Assembly: GCA_002104945.1 (NCBI GenBank)
Contig: MCFH01000006.1
Span: 1,250,211-1,314,210 of the forward strand
Direction of reading: 5' to 3'
Length of the DNA stretch: 64,000 nucleotides
Origin: Piromyces finnis finn
Lineage: Eukaryota; Fungi; Neocallimastigomycota
Part shown: positions 1 through 15,825 of the stretch, piece by piece
Position numbering within the stretch: the first letter of the stretch is position 1
Layout of the letters: every line of letters starts with the position of its first letter
Position numbers and translations under genes: made by a program
Notes under the pieces: generated by a model
Databases searched by the model: none
The model's input: the letters and a program-made list of their open reading frames with translations, nothing else
Told to the model about the DNA's origin: nothing

Positions 1-637
1 TCGTTTTTTAAATGAAATTTATTCAGGTGTATATGAAAATATGACAATGGTAATTATATGAATATTTTTTTGTTTTTTTAAAAAAAAAATGAAAATATAA
101 AATTTTTTTTAAAAAAAAAATAATAAAATAATATGTAAATTCAAAATTTGTAGGAAGAAATACAACAAGCTAATCCAGAAGATTTTGCTGGTAATTATAT
201 ATATAAATATGAGTAATTTAAAAATTTTATTTTAACTTTTTTTTTTTTTTTTTTTTTTAAAAAAAATTCTGGTACAACATAAAAAACAAAAACAAAAATA
301 AACGAATTAATTAATAAATAAATAAATAGCACGCCAAGCAAATAAATTAGTATATAGATACCCAGGTGCTGGAGGTGAATCCTATATTGATGTTATTGAT
401 CGTTTAAGACCCGGAATTATTGAATTAGAAAGAATGGAAACTAGTGTTTTAGTTGTTACACATAATGTTATTATGAGAACTTTATTAGCCTATTTTACTG
501 GTATTGATTTACAAGAAATGCCATCTTTAAACATCCCGTTACATACTTTATATTGTCTCAAACCAAAACCTTATGGTGCTGAATTAATTAAATATAGATA
601 CAATTCTATGACAGATTCATTTGAACGTGTTGAATAG
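1..637 (+). CDS. PFK26: 3' end of 6-phosphofructo-2-kinase/fructose-2,6-bisphosphatase (PFK26-like), partial; exons ~1-49, 154-190, 330-637
   Basis: Splicing at GT-AG sites gives RFLNEIYSGVYENMTM-EEIQQANPEDFAARQANKLVYRYPGAGGESYIDVIDRLRPGIIELERMETSVLVVTHNVIMRTLLAYF, the histidine-phosphatase (FBPase-2) domain signature. Stop TAG at 635-637. The 5' part lies outside the window. Confidence 0.88.
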
Positions 638-748
638 ACATCGGCAGTATTATATTATAATTAAAGTCTATTAAAAAAAAAAAAAAAAACTATGAAAGAA
701 AAAAAAAAATAATAAAATAAGATACTACAACAACTTTAAAAGTTATTT

Positions 749-790
<42 letters not shown>

Positions 791-1061
791 ATTATCTGAG
801 AAATAATAAAAACCAATTCAAATCATAATTATAATATTTAATAATGCGAATATTACCAAACCAAAATCATTAAATAATAATACATTTCAATATTTAATAT
901 GTAATCAATAAATTTTCTTTTTCTTTTTCTTTTTTTTTTATTTATTACTTTCTATAATTTACATATAAAATTTTTCTTTTTAAATAAAATGGAAATATGA
1001 AAAACAATAATCAAATTAATTCTAGTATATATTGCCAAAAATTATAATAAATAAAATATTA

Positions 1062-1326
<265 letters not shown>

Positions 1327-3072
1327 TAGGTAATTAATTTCAATTAAACGAAGAAAAAAAAAGTGTCATTTAAAAAGATAAAAAAAAACAAAACAAAACA
1401 ACTGAGCATTAATTCTATGCATGTAAAATTGTATGTTTAATATTATGTTTTATATTTAAAAATGTGTATTTTATTTTTAATTCAAATATTAATATAATGT
1501 TAATTTCCTGAATAAATACTTAAAATATTTATATAATTAAAATATAGTTAAGCAGTCCTTTTAATTTTTTTTTTTTTGTATTTTACAATTAATTATATTA
1601 TATAATATCCCATAAATTCTAGCTATTTTAATTCAATAACCATTTAATTTTATTAATTGGTTATGGTTATTATATATTTCTTTTCTTTTATTCATTCATT
1701 ACAATTGTTAATTTATTTAAATTAAAGTATTTCTATTTCAACTTATTCTTTCGAATTTATATTATAATTAATTAGTGTTTTATAATAAACTTTGCTTATA
1801 GATTTATCTTTTTATAAGTTTAATAAAAATATTAGAAAATTATTTTTATGGAAAACAGAATTTTCTATTTTAAAATTACACTAACATATACTCGATTTTG
1901 GTATTAATAATACAATAAAAGAAATTTTAAAATGATCAGTTCATTTTATTATTATTATTATTATTATAATAAGAACATTATATATTTATTGTATTTATAC
2001 AAATATATCCTACATATTTTATTTTTATTGTTAATAACACTAATAATATGGGTAATATGATAAAAAATTACTTTTTTACTCGTTCTTTTTACTATCATCT
2101 TGATTTATAAAACTTTTTATATTTTTCTATTAAATAAAGTTTGTGTTTTGAAGAAATAATAATTAAAGTTTTAAAATATATTTTTCCTTTTTTGAAAATA
2201 ATATATTATAATATATTATATAATATATTTAATATAATCCATTTTTCACGTTTTATATTATTTAAATTAATTATTAATTTTTTTTATTATGTATAAAAAC
2301 GGATGATAGTGTCATTTGTGTATATTTTATATATTTTGGAAATATATATACCATTTTTTCATAAAATAATATTATTTAAGTATAATAATAAATTATTAGT
2401 GAAATTATTTCAAAAATTGTTTAAATAGAATTAGTAATATGATATATCATTTTTATTATTTTTTGTTGACAAATTATTTATTAATTTATAATTAATAAAT
2501 AAAAATTTTAAAATTTTATTTTGTTAGGGAGAGCTTTTTTAAAAAAAATATTAAAAGAAAGAAAAAAAGAAGCTTTAAAGATTCAATTATAAATTAAATA
2601 TATATTATTTGAGAATAAATAAATTACCTATCTTATATGCTAAATTTGTTTAAATATATATAAATAATCATTAATAATAATAGTTTTTTTTTCTTTTTTC
2701 TTTTTTTTTTGAAATTAATATTATAAACAATTGTTTAATAGAGTTAATGAAGAGAAACATTTTATATCAGTAAATGAAATATAAAAATCTTTTCACAAAA
2801 ATAAAAATAAAAAAAATCCCACTAATTATTAATTAATAAAATATAATTATTCGTTCTTTTCATTTCAGTTTATTATCGAGTATTATAATTGTATATAGCA
2901 TAAAATATAATTTTATAAATAATAATATATTGATAATAAAATCATGTTGTAAATAAGTTAATAATATTTTCACTTTCAATTTAGATATAAAAGATATTTA
3001 AAAATATTTAAAAAGTTAAATTTCAAGTAACTGTGAAAGAATAGTTAATAGAAATTTATTATATAAAACATA

Positions 3073-6000
3073 ATGGAAATACAAAAAGAAAAACATAAAA
3101 ATAGTAAAAAAAATGTTGATAATTTAACGAACAATACAACAAGTATTAATGAAAATGATAACAATCAACTACAGTATCAATACACAGAAGCACCTGATTT
3201 AATAAACAAATTATATGATTTACCTAGTCCACCTAAAGATATTGTAGTAGAACAAATATCTGATAATAATGAACTATCTAATAAAAGTATACCTGCTATA
3301 CCATCGAATATACCACCAACATTTTCTGATTCTCAACAACCAACAAAACTAAACAACAACAATAATAATATAAATAATATAGAAAATTCTGATTTGAAAA
3401 TACAAAATGAAGGTAATATGAAACATGATAAAAATTTAGAGAAAAATAATGATAGTATTAATAATAGTAATAATAATAAAGAAAACCATGAAACTGACAT
3501 TATATTAATAAAAAGTGGAAATGAGATTAATGGAAATAATAAAGAAGAAAATTTAGGAAATGATATAGATATAGATGATTTGTTATTAGAAAATATTATA
3601 GATGAAAGTGAAATAGTATCATTAGAAGATTTAAATAATTTATTAAATGATGATAAGAACGATGAAAAAGAAAAAGAAAAAGAAAAAGAGGAAAAAAATA
3701 TAGTAGTACAACCATCAATAGCAGCAATAGTTGATAAAGAAAATGAAATACCAATTAACTCAGTACCATTACCATCACAGCCACCAGTTTCATCAACTCA
3801 AAATGATAATCACAATATTTCAAATTTATTAGGACAGTCAATTGATAATGAAAATAAAACATTTTTACCACAAGAAAATATAAATGAAAATAAAATAATT
3901 GAAAAAAAAGAAATAATAGAAAATATTAATAATAACACTTTGGAAGAGAACAGGGATGAAAAAATTAGTGAGGAAATTAAAGAAGAAAAAGTAGAAAATA
4001 GTAATATTAAAAATGATGATGATAAAAAAACAATAGAAACAAAAGAAAATATTGATGTAATTATTAATAATAATGAGAGTAATGAATTTATTAAAATAGA
4101 TGATATAAATATAAATAATGACAGTGTGAATAATGAAAAATTTAATAGTAAGGAATATTATAATATTATTTTATTAAGAAATCTATATAAAATATCATTT
4201 TTTACTAACATATCATATTATGTGATATTTTTTAAATGATATTTAAAGATATATATACAATATTAAAATTTTAATATTTTATTATTAACTAATATATTTA
4301 ATTTATAATATTATATATGCATTATTTATAGAAGAAGATTTTTATAATAATCCAGAACTCGAATCTCAAATAAAACATGAAAAAGATGTTCTTATTGAAG
4401 AAATATCATCAAAAACAACGGAAATCCCGATAGAAAAACAAATTCAAAAAAACGGTGTATCTGTAGAAAATGAGAAAAATTCAATAACAGGCTCTAAAAA
4501 TATTGTAGAATCAAACTCCGTATATTCAAATATTTACCCTAAATTAGAAAATCCAACTACTCAATCGAATGCTAACTCTGAAGAAAATATTAATGCTACT
4601 AATGAAATTAATAATTTAATGAATGTATATAATGAGCAATATTCATCAGTACCAATGACATCTATATTTCCATCAGAATATTTAGATAATGATCAAGATT
4701 TTGTTTTCGTACCTTCAGCACCTTCTGAAAATATATTGTTTTACATGAATGAAGAAGCCGAAGACCAGAAGTCAGGAGGAAAATCTAAGAGAAAAAGAGA
4801 AATTATATATAATAAAGAAGAAGTTAACAAACTTTATACTTTTCCATTAACAGAACCTCAATTAAGTACAATGCTTAATAATAAGGAATTGATAAATCAT
4901 GAACAAAATGTAAAGACTTTTCTTAAACAAATAGAAAAAATAAATTCAAATTTTTATAATCATGTTAAAAATTATGAAGATTTAATATTTGAATTCCAAA
5001 CCTCAAAATCTTTTATTAATCGTAAAATTATTGAAATTAATCAAAACATTAATGATTCATGGAAATTCGAACAAATTCTAAAAAATATAAGTCGTACTTG
5101 TGGTGATGGTGTACGTTTTTCTTATCAATATGTAACTGAAATTACTTCTATAGATGAAGAAATAATGTCACATCTCTCAGAAGAATTTAAAGAGTTTATT
5201 GATCTAATTAATCAACTTTCAGATCTTCAATTCAAAATTGAAGAAGAGAAAAAATGGATTGATAATTTTCTAAACGAGCTAATTTATTATTTTTTTAGAA
5301 ATGAAATCAATAACAACAACAACAACAACAATAATAATAATAATAATGATAATACTAATACTACTAATAAAAATTTAAATAATATATCCAAAACAGATCC
5401 AGAAAAAGCATCTAATAATAAATTATCATCCCCATGTATAAATTCAAACACATTATTAACAACATCTTCTGATGGAAATACTAATTTAAATAAAAAATCT
5501 GATGATGAAATAAATAAAAATAATGAATTTGATAAAGAATCTACTGACAATAAAACATTAATTATTGAAAAAATGAAAAAATACTTAAATATTTTATTCT
5601 TTTTCATTAGAAGATATAAAAATTATGAATTTACTCGACAAATATATGAAGCAATGAATGAGGACGCTGATGAAAATAATAGTGAAGAAGAAGAAAATAA
5701 TAATAATGATAATGAAAAAAATGGTTTAGGAAAGAATAAAATAGAAGATAAGGATCAGGAAAACGAATCATATGAAGAAGAAAATATAAATATTAATAAT
5801 ATTTATATTACAAATAATTTTAAGGTAAAAGGAAAAACGTCAAAATGCAATATATTTACTTTTATAAAAAATCTCAAAAAGTGGATTTGTAAATTAGTTG
5901 GATGTCTTTTAACTATAGATAATTATAATGTTCATCAATTTATTCTTCTACATGTATTAAGAACTAAAGGTATTAGTTCATGGGGAACGAGTTTCATTCA

Positions 6001-9000
6001 AGTATCTTATAATAACAAAACCTGGAATGATAGTTGTATAAATGAATTTACTGCTAGATTAAATACAGTGTTTTCGCCAGTAGAGGAAATAAAAGAAGCA
6101 TATGATAAGAAATTAGAAAAAGAGCGAATTTTGGAAGAAAGTTTTAAAGAACTTGAAGTACAAGGTAATTGGGAAGTTATACGTGAAGTTAATTTCGAAG
6201 GGCCTGTTAATTTCTCATGCATTACAGAAGAAGATTATATTTCAATAATTGGTCAATTTGGTATTTTGGATAATTATTATGGATTTGTTAATCGAATGGT
6301 AGAAAATTATAAAGATAATTATATAAATGGTCAATTAATTCATGCAAATCAATATATTCTTAAAATCATTTCAATTTCCAATCTTTTAGTGGATATTTTT
6401 AAAAATGGTTTCCATACCTTTAATATTCATCTATATCCGCTTTTAGTAAAAAGGATGGGTTATATCCTTTCTCGTATAACAGTATTTTATGGGAAAACAT
6501 TTGATGAAATATTAAAATATAATAAAGAAATTGAAAAAAAACAAAATATTTCATCAAAACTACCTAATATTCATTTAGATAAAGATGAAATTTCAAATGG
6601 TTATATTAAAACAAAAATTCAAAATGAGGTTGATGGGTTCATTTTGAAGGTTTTCCGTATTTTAATGAATTATCCAAATGCAGACATATGGCAATATCTT
6701 GTAGATATACCATATCATGCTGTTTCAACTATGACATGTTGGAATATTGTTAGTTGCATCTTCCATTTCAAAATTTCTACAAATGATTTTGTTAAATTGT
6801 TAAACGAAAGATTGGAGCATTCAATTTATACTATCTTGAGTAATTCTGATTTTATTAGTAATTTTAATAGACCATTTGAAGAAAGTCCAAAAGAAGTTTT
6901 ATCAATTATTCGTTGTTTAATTGGTATAGCACTTTCTCGTAATAAGAAATTTGGATATTATAATGAAGAATTATATCAAATGGTTTATAATGCAGAAGAG
7001 TTACTGATGATTAAATTAATGAATGTAATATTATTCATAGTATTTAATATTTCATATATTAAGAATAATGATGATGATATGTATAAAACTACCTTAGATT
7101 ACTTTGTATGCTTATGTAATCAGCATCCACCATTAATTGCTTTTCTTCTTCGTTTGGTTAGCCAAAATTATAAATCAATTGGTTCAATGGGTATTTATAT
7201 TTTTAAAGCTCTTCCTTTATATAAATATCAGATTCAATTAGAAGAATTGGCGATTTTGGAGTCATTCCTAACTCAATCTATAGACAGTGATCGTTTTACA
7301 TTTTCCCAATTTATAATTCAAAATTTGAATCTTGGATATCCTATTATTGATAATAATGAGGTAGAAGATTTTGATATTGATACTATATTAAATAATAATG
7401 ATTTAACAGATTCAAAATTAGATGAATTATTAAATGTTTCAGAAACAACTGATATTAATGATAATTCACACATTATTCATGAAAAAAATTTAGATATTAT
7501 AAATAAATCTGAACATTTAAAAGAAGACTACATTAAATATAAGAAAGAGCCAATAATTACGTTAACTTCATCAATGTATATACCAAAAGAAGACAAGGTT
7601 AGTAATTCAAATTTATTCCTTCCAACTACAATTCATCGTAAGCTTGCATATATTTTAATTAATACAGCATTAAAAATAGAAAAGGAATATAAAGATAAAG
7701 GTGGACTTCTTAGTACTATATCTATTATTAATGAATCATTTGAATCAGTAGTAACATCAACTATAAATTCAATTAATAATTCTTCAAGATTTTTATTCTC
7801 AGATAAACCAGAGGATGAGAAAGGAAATATAATAGATAATGAAGAAGTTGAAAAAGTAAAGTATAAAGAAAGTGATATTAACGAAGAAGAAGATATTGAT
7901 TTTATTAATGATATTTCAATAAATTTCATTAAAAATATTACTGAAAAAGTAAAAGAATTTAAATACTGGTGTTGGGAAATTCTCATCCAACTTAGACTAT
8001 TTCAATATCCAATTTCTCAAAATTCAAATTATACATATCGTGAAATAACAAATCAATATCTCTCATATCAAAGTCAAACTATGATGAATTATCGTAATGA
8101 GATGAACAATAATGCAATGGTTGCATATTTAATGTTAGCAAATACTGATTTGGGACATAAATTTTATTTATTCCAAGAGCATGGTTGGCCATTACTTGAT
8201 GTTATTATGAAAAAAGGACCAGAAAAAGCACTTGTTTATATATGCTCAAATATCTTCTCTGAATTTATATATACAGATGGTATAGATAAAGTTTGTCATC
8301 AAGATCAATTTATCCAGTTTTTTGGTAGTTTTTTTAAAACAAATTCATTATTTAACTTAAAAAATAAGAACGATAAAAGAAATAATAATATAATTCAGTA
8401 TGTTAACCGTATAATTTATGAATCATATATTATGGAAAGTTATAATAAAGAATATTTTAAATGTCAATTATTATTTTGGATGGAAGCTATTTTTTCAAAT
8501 TATAATGGATGGATAAATAATTCCGAATCAATAGAGCTTTTGGATCAAATGGCTAAAATTAGTTTTTCTTTCCATCGTAATCAAGATATTATTAATTTAT
8601 TATATTCTGACTTTTATGAAAAGTATTATTATAATGAAAATAATCACATATTTAATAAAAACATTGCTAATGGTGCTATACAAAATTTTGAGAGTGTTAA
8701 ATATAATGGCAATGAATATATATCCATTAATCCTGGTAATAGTGGTCAATCTATAGGAAATTTTGATAGCATTCAACAAGAAGTTGATGATTTATCGAAA
8801 ATTAATAATAATAATATATCTCAAAGTGATCGTCTGAAATATATTATTATTTCAATTACTGATTCATTATTTAATCTTAAAATACCTAAGCATGAAAGAA
8901 AATATTGGTACACTTTCCATTCTCTTATGGCAGAGTCTTTGTGTGAACAACCAATATTTTTACATATAGGACATTTGCTAACTGAAAATCCAGATATTAC

Positions 9001-12000
9001 TATTAATGATAAGATAATTGCAGAGGAAATAACTAAGCCATTGGACCAATTTACTATTTATAAATGGGCTAAAGAAATTATAGTATTACCTGCTGAACAT
9101 GAATTAATGCCTCTCTTCTTTCAGCTTTTCTTCTGCCTTTATTTTGCAAAAGTTGAAAAACAAGGTCCATTAGGTTACAACCCATATTATGGTTATCGTT
9201 TTTTTAGTAACAGTAAAAAAAAAGAACGCTTGATTACAGAACTGAAAAGTAAATTAGTTGAATGTAGAAAATATCATGCTAGTTGTTCTATTCCTACAAA
9301 ATTGAATGAAAAATTAGCACATCTATATAATGCAATGCATCTTTGGCTAAATGAACCAAAAATCCATTCAGGTGAATTTTATATTGGAAATTTAAAAGAT
9401 GAATATTTAACTACTGTTCTTTCTAATGTTTTAAGCAATTTCTATCCATTTAATTCAGTTGATAATCTCTGGTGGGAATATGTAGACATTGAGAGTATTC
9501 AAGGCAACTTAATGGAAAATTATTACACTAAAATTATTAAAGGAATAAAAATTAATAGTTGTATTATTCAAGTTAAAAAAATACAAGTTAATAATTTAAA
9601 TGATTCATTTATCCAAACTGGAAAATATAAAGTATTTAAGCCAAAAAACCCGACTATGATAGAAGAATGTATTGAATCCAGACCTGAAGTGAAAATTAAG
9701 AAGCCAATATTCCCTAATAAATACGATGATATAATTAATTTAGATGAGATTAATAAACAATTCATGGAAAAAATAAAATTGCTAGTAGATGATGCCAATC
9801 ATTATCATAGGCACCTAGAAAAAATTGATCAATTAAATCGTCAATATATATTTAATTTACGTCAATTATACTATACAGAAACCTTGCGTAATCAGATTGA
9901 ACGTCGTTGTGACCCACAATCTAATGTTCTTAATTTCTATAATAAATCTCTAATAACAAATATAATGAATTTAAATGCAAAAATGAAAAGTGAAGAAAGA
10001 TGTAAAACTTACAGTGAATCAGACAATATTTTAAATAATACTGAAAAAGAATTTGAAAAAGGATCTGAAGAAGAAGAAAATGGGAAAAACAGCGATGATA
10101 ACAAAAAAGGAAAAGGAGATAATGATAAATTATCATCAAAGGAATCAGAAGAAAATATTAATACAAATGTATTAAAAACATATGAAGAATTGGAAGATAA
10201 GAAAATTAAAGAGTGTTCCCAACCAGCAATTTTAGCTTATAATTATCAAAAATCATATCTAATGCATGATTCCCTAAAAGATCTTTACATGAATGTTTGC
10301 AATAGCAAAGAAGAAATCAATGAACTCTTCAAACTATCTTCTGATATTTATAAAGCAACCATTTATCTTGTAGAAGTTATTGAATATTTAATATCTCTGA
10401 AAAAGCATTATTTTTATAATAATTCAACTGAAAATAATGATATCAAAAATAGTGACAATGATTTGTTTAGTCATTTTATTAAAGACATATCTATTGAAAA
10501 GAAAAAGCAAGAGTTAGAGAAAATGACTGATCAAATGTTTTATAATAGCGTTGATGCATTACTTAAAGCTTCTAAATACTATCCACCAGCTACATTCATT
10601 ATTAACAAAATAATTGACGAATTCGGTGAGCATTTTATTCTTCCATCAAAAGATCAGGTTAATAAGATATATGATCGTATGAAACAAGATAATAATAATA
10701 TTGGTTTATTTATATCTCTTTTTAAACCTTCACTTTGTGATAAACGATTTATTGAACTATATCAAGAAATATCTATTTCTAAGGATTTATTCAATTTAGA
10801 TAACATTATTCTTCTTCTAAAAACATTTAATATCAAAGAATGGCTAGATTATGCTGACCCTAAACCAACAAATGAACTTAAACTTCAATTTTTAGATGTT
10901 TTATATAAACTTATAACACATTGTTCTAAACAAGAGCTAATCGATATTCACTATTATTCATTAAAATTACTTCTTCAAAATAATAGTAATCATTTAGATA
11001 TTATGAAAACAGCTTTTAAACATTTAATAAATTGCTCAATTGATGGTACTATTGATGCTTCACTCTATAACATTTATATCGAATCAATTGGAGGTGACAT
11101 CGAATTAATAGATAATTACTTAAATTCACCAGATTCTATTAAATTGAGAATTAATAATGAAATAGCAATTGAACTTTTGTACATAATTAGTAATACATAT
11201 TATGAATTAAGAAATAAAAAAGAAAGGTTATATATTATATTTTCTAAATATATAAATGAAATGTTTGATTTAGTGGCTGTTCTTTATTGCTCTCTGGGAA
11301 AAATAGATATTTCGCTTTTACCGGATGATCAAAATGATAGTAAAATACCAAATTCATTAAAATCAAAAACTTTGTGTGATGAAGTTTTAAATATTCTTAG
11401 AGAAATTATTAGTTATGATGATACTAATAAACAGGATATAAATAATATTCAAGAAATGGCGTTAAATAATTACTCTAATTCATCCTGCGAAAAATCGAAT
11501 AACAAGGAAAATAATTGTAATAATGTATTTAATTTATTAGATAATGGCATTATTTCTCCAAAAACAGAAATATATTGGAAATTGGTTGAATACCTTTTCC
11601 AACCTTGGATTGTCTTAGCTAATTTAGGTTCGGAAACATTAGCACCAACTGCCTGGGATATTGAACATAAAAATAAAATACAAAAATTGCTAAGAACATT
11701 TACTCATTTAACTTCACGTTATCTTAATACTGCAATAGAAAAAACAAATGCTATTCAAAACGTGTGGAATTTTTATAAAAAATGTATTGAATCTCGTCAA
11801 CCTGATTTTATACTGTACTCTATAAATGAAAGATTCTTAACTTTTTCATGGGAACATTTCAATCTAAATTATGAAAACATTTCCACAATATTTAAATGGA
11901 AATGTTCTAATTGGCTAACTTCTGAAGTTCAACGTTTCTTAAATTATTTATTAGAAATGGTGGACTGGGGTATACCAATAAATAATGGTAATGAAACTAT

Positions 12001-13657
12001 TGATTATAGAATCGAAATGCTTCTTTCCGTTGTATTCTATTTAATTCGTGGTACTGATGATATTATGTCTTCTTCTAAACAACAAGAATCCTATTTCACC
12101 ATTCTTAATGATAAGTGTTTTAAAAAGGTAAATTGGAGTAATTTAGATAGTACATATTACCAAAAGATTATTGATGAATGTCCAAAAAAATACCCTTCAG
12201 GTTCATCAGCTCTTATGTTTACAATGTCTTCATTAAAAACAATGACTGGTGCATATAATATTACCAATAATATCCGTAAAACAGAAGAATCATTTAAAAA
12301 GATAGACGCCTTTTTTGAGTTTATTAGTCAAGTGATTAAAGAACAACTTCAAATTTTTGGTACACCCATCAATTTTAATATTTCTAAAATTGGAATGCTA
12401 ATAAAAGGTTTTCTTGAATTTATTGATTTAGCTGTTATCCACACAAATGAAATGCAAAATGATGAAAACATAAAAAAATTTACTTTTGAGGTTCTTTGTA
12501 ATTCTTATAAAAAAATTATTCAATTAATGAATATATGTCAACCAGGAGATTGTTTCTTTATAGAACTTTGGATTGGAATTAGTTATTATGTTACTTCATC
12601 AACTCATTATCCTATATCAATTCTTTCCACGACTCATTATTTCACTAATATTGAATATATGGCTGTTTTAAATGAACTTTGTATTCAAAAGCATTTAACT
12701 ATCACTAATAACGATAGCACATATTCGTTGAATCCATGGAATTTAGTTATTAAAGAACTCACAGTACCGGAATTAGAGTTAAATGAATATATTAATATTT
12801 GTAAAAATCATGGTCTCTTTTTAACTCTTTATACATATGGACTACAGAAATTAGAAATAATTAACGATGAATTTATTAGTAATATAAATATTACGCCAGA
12901 AAATCCAGATATAAATAATGTATGCCCATACGACCCATATACCAATATTTATGAATTCATGAAAGAAATATATACATGGATTTTAGCATTTAAATCTGAT
13001 AGTAAAGAATTTTCTGAAAATAATATCATTCTTGTTATATCTCTTTTTGCGGATATTATGACTATCTATCCAGAACTCTCTCAGTTTACTTATTTTGGAA
13101 AATTTTTAATATCAATAATTGAAACTTTAATCAATTGGGTGGAACCAAAAAATAAAATGTTAGTAAACTTAGGATTGGTTAAAAAAACTCGATTCTCAAA
13201 GAATTTCCAATTCTATCTTCGTTCTTTCTTAATCTATCTTACAAATACTATTCAATTTTTCGTTGATTTTAAACCATTATTTGATGGATCCAAAAATAAA
13301 TCTACTGATGTAACTATTAATTTAGTACCAATATTAGATACAGAAGGAAATATAGAAGGAGAAACTTCAGATAATATCACTTTACCAATAGAGAGATCAA
13401 AAGCAAACAAATCTAATGATATTATATGTTGGAATTGTGAAAAATATCTAAATTCCTTAAAAATGTTCCCAATTGATAACACAAACCCAGATAATAATGA
13501 TAAAAATTATATTGGATGGTTAGATGACACTATTGATAGTATATTAGCTCTTCAACCAGATAACCCATTATTAATTCTTTTTCGGAATGCATCGTCCTTT
13601 GCTGAACAATTACGTATAAAACTTTACCCATCTGTTAGAAAATATTATCATATTTAA
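3073..13657 (+). CDS. EPG5: Ectopic P granules protein 5 homolog (autophagosome-lysosome tether); exons 3073-4147 and 4332-13657, ~3,466 aa
   Basis: WICKLVGCLLTIDNYNVHQFILLHVLRTKGISSWGTSFIQV and TIYKWAKEIIVLPAEHELMPLFFQLFFCLYF match the EPG5 blocks I recall (human [34 protein letters not shown] and [30 protein letters not shown]). A phase-1 intron (GTAAGG at 4148, TAG at 4329-4331) joins the two track ORFs in frame, and 4334-4618 is open. Confidence 0.85.
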
Positions 13658-14321
13658 ATAATTAATATAATATAAACATAAACAATATTATATAATTATA
13701 TAATTTAAAAAAAAAAAATTATAAAATGTATATTATTTATGGTTATATTTAATTCATAATTTTATTTCTTTATTATTTTCTTCTATCTTAATTATAAATA
13801 GTATAAATAATTAATAAAAAATCATAAAACGTTTTTAAATTGATTTTTAATAGTATTTGTAAATATTAATATATACAAACTTAAAACACTCATTAAAATA
13901 ATGATATAATTTTTACTAATAAACACTTTCCTTTAAATAAATTTAAAATCTTCAAATTTGAATAGTTAATTGAATTATTTGAAAAAATATTTTTTTTTCA
14001 AATAAATATTAGTATTATTAATATTTTTTTTTTATTTATTATTATTTTTTTATATATATATTTTTTTATTAATATTATTTATAAATTGGTTTTATTAAAC
14101 ATTAATTAGTTTATATTCATTTATTTATTTGTTTGAATCTTTGATTATTTTATTTGTTCGTTTGATGATATTATAAATTTTTTATCTTATGCTTTTTTAT
14201 ATTTTAAAATTGATTTTTTATTACAATTATATATATATTGATATTTTTTGATAAATTTAAAAATTATTATTCATTCATTAATATTTTATACAAAAATCAA
14301 TGAATAAATATTTCAAAACGT

Positions 14322-15825
<1,504 letters not shown>

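Noticed and set aside
5287-13482. Short minus-strand ORFs inside EPG5 (5287, 6007, 7633, 9568, 9930, 13252)
   Set aside because: Antisense shadows of a long AT-rich CDS, with S/F/L/I-rich composition and no motifs.
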